A DNA stretch of 64,000 bases from an uncultured Thermoguttaceae bacterium (GTDB lineage Bacteria > Planctomycetota > Planctomycetia > Pirellulales > Thermoguttaceae): contig CALKER010000017.1 in assembly GCA_938084835.1 (NCBI GenBank), forward strand, positions 88,949 to 152,948, written 5' to 3'. This document shows positions 63,540 to 64,000 of the stretch, piece by piece (the first letter of the stretch is position 1; every line of letters begins with the position of its first letter). The position numbers were made by a program, and so were the translations under genes. Under the pieces are notes generated by a model that saw nothing but the letters and a program-made list of their open reading frames with translations, did not search any database and was not told the origin of the DNA.

Positions 63540-64000
63540 GAATAAGGCACGCCTAAGTCATTGCGCAAAACTCCGCCCAATTGTGTGCCCCGAGGATGCG
63601 GCAGACCTTCGACGAAGGTTTTGAGTTCCGGCATTTCGTCGATTTGCCGGAGGCTTCATCGGGAGGAACACAAACTAAAATGCGAGGCTCTTACTACTTC
63701 TGATTTTTGAAATAATTCAAATGAATTTCTCCCCAATCTACCTTTCCAGAATTTTGGTATTGCCTCGGCTTAAAAGGCATCGGTAACAATCCCCGGGGTC
63801 AGTTCTGGGTCGAATAAAGCGAGTTTGGGTCTGGTAGCTGAAAATCCAGCTTCCTCGTGGAGATAGCACCCGCACATTTTCATCTTCATCCTAACCGAGA
63901 AGTGGGCCAAATTCGGCAATAGAGGTGGAACCTTCCTAGGACGTGATCTCCCAATGCAGAAGAGATCCGGGGTACCAAATCGAGCAGGTAGTGCCGCCCC

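Overview
This is a 64 kb chromosomal window from a moderately high-GC bacterium, about 88% coding, whose gene content looks like Planctomycetota. That call is inference and rests on a CxPxR sulfatase, a GH43-like hydrolase, a Tat-exported oxidoreductase, LRR, TPR and NHL proteins, a vWA protein with the N-terminal double-TM anchor, and a TolB-propeller protein with CxxCH motifs. Recognisable housekeeping genes are leuS, pnp-rpsO, prfB (with its programmed +1 frameshift, which the ORF track splits), tilS, tsaE, rsmH, mdh, a FabF-like KAS and an HDAC-family deacetylase. A sigma-54 two-component pair (a sensor-less histidine kinase plus an NtrC-type regulator) lies directly downstream of pnp. Candidate accessory systems are three. 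(1) A plus-strand cluster at 42.2-46.8 kb of a canonical PilT ATPase, translationally coupled (ATGA overlap) to a membrane-anchored GspE/PilB-like pseudo-ATPase with degenerate Walker A, Asp and His boxes but an intact tetracysteine motif, then a CvpA-like membrane protein and a further membrane protein, with a convergent REC-GGDEF-CBS regulator. (2) A minus-strand DUF502 - helical hypothetical - SPFH(COG4260-like)::YbjN-like-fusion cluster immediately downstream of the sigma-54 pair. (3) A 1056-aa secreted TolB-like beta-propeller protein with two C-terminal CxxCH motifs. Several long non-coding gaps carry two-copy tandem repeats and perfect palindromes: 19.4-21.0 kb (AT-rich), 24.45-25.9 kb, 40.9-42.2 kb and 62.8-64 kb. 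No rRNA, convincing tRNA, CRISPR array or obvious transposase or integrase was found.
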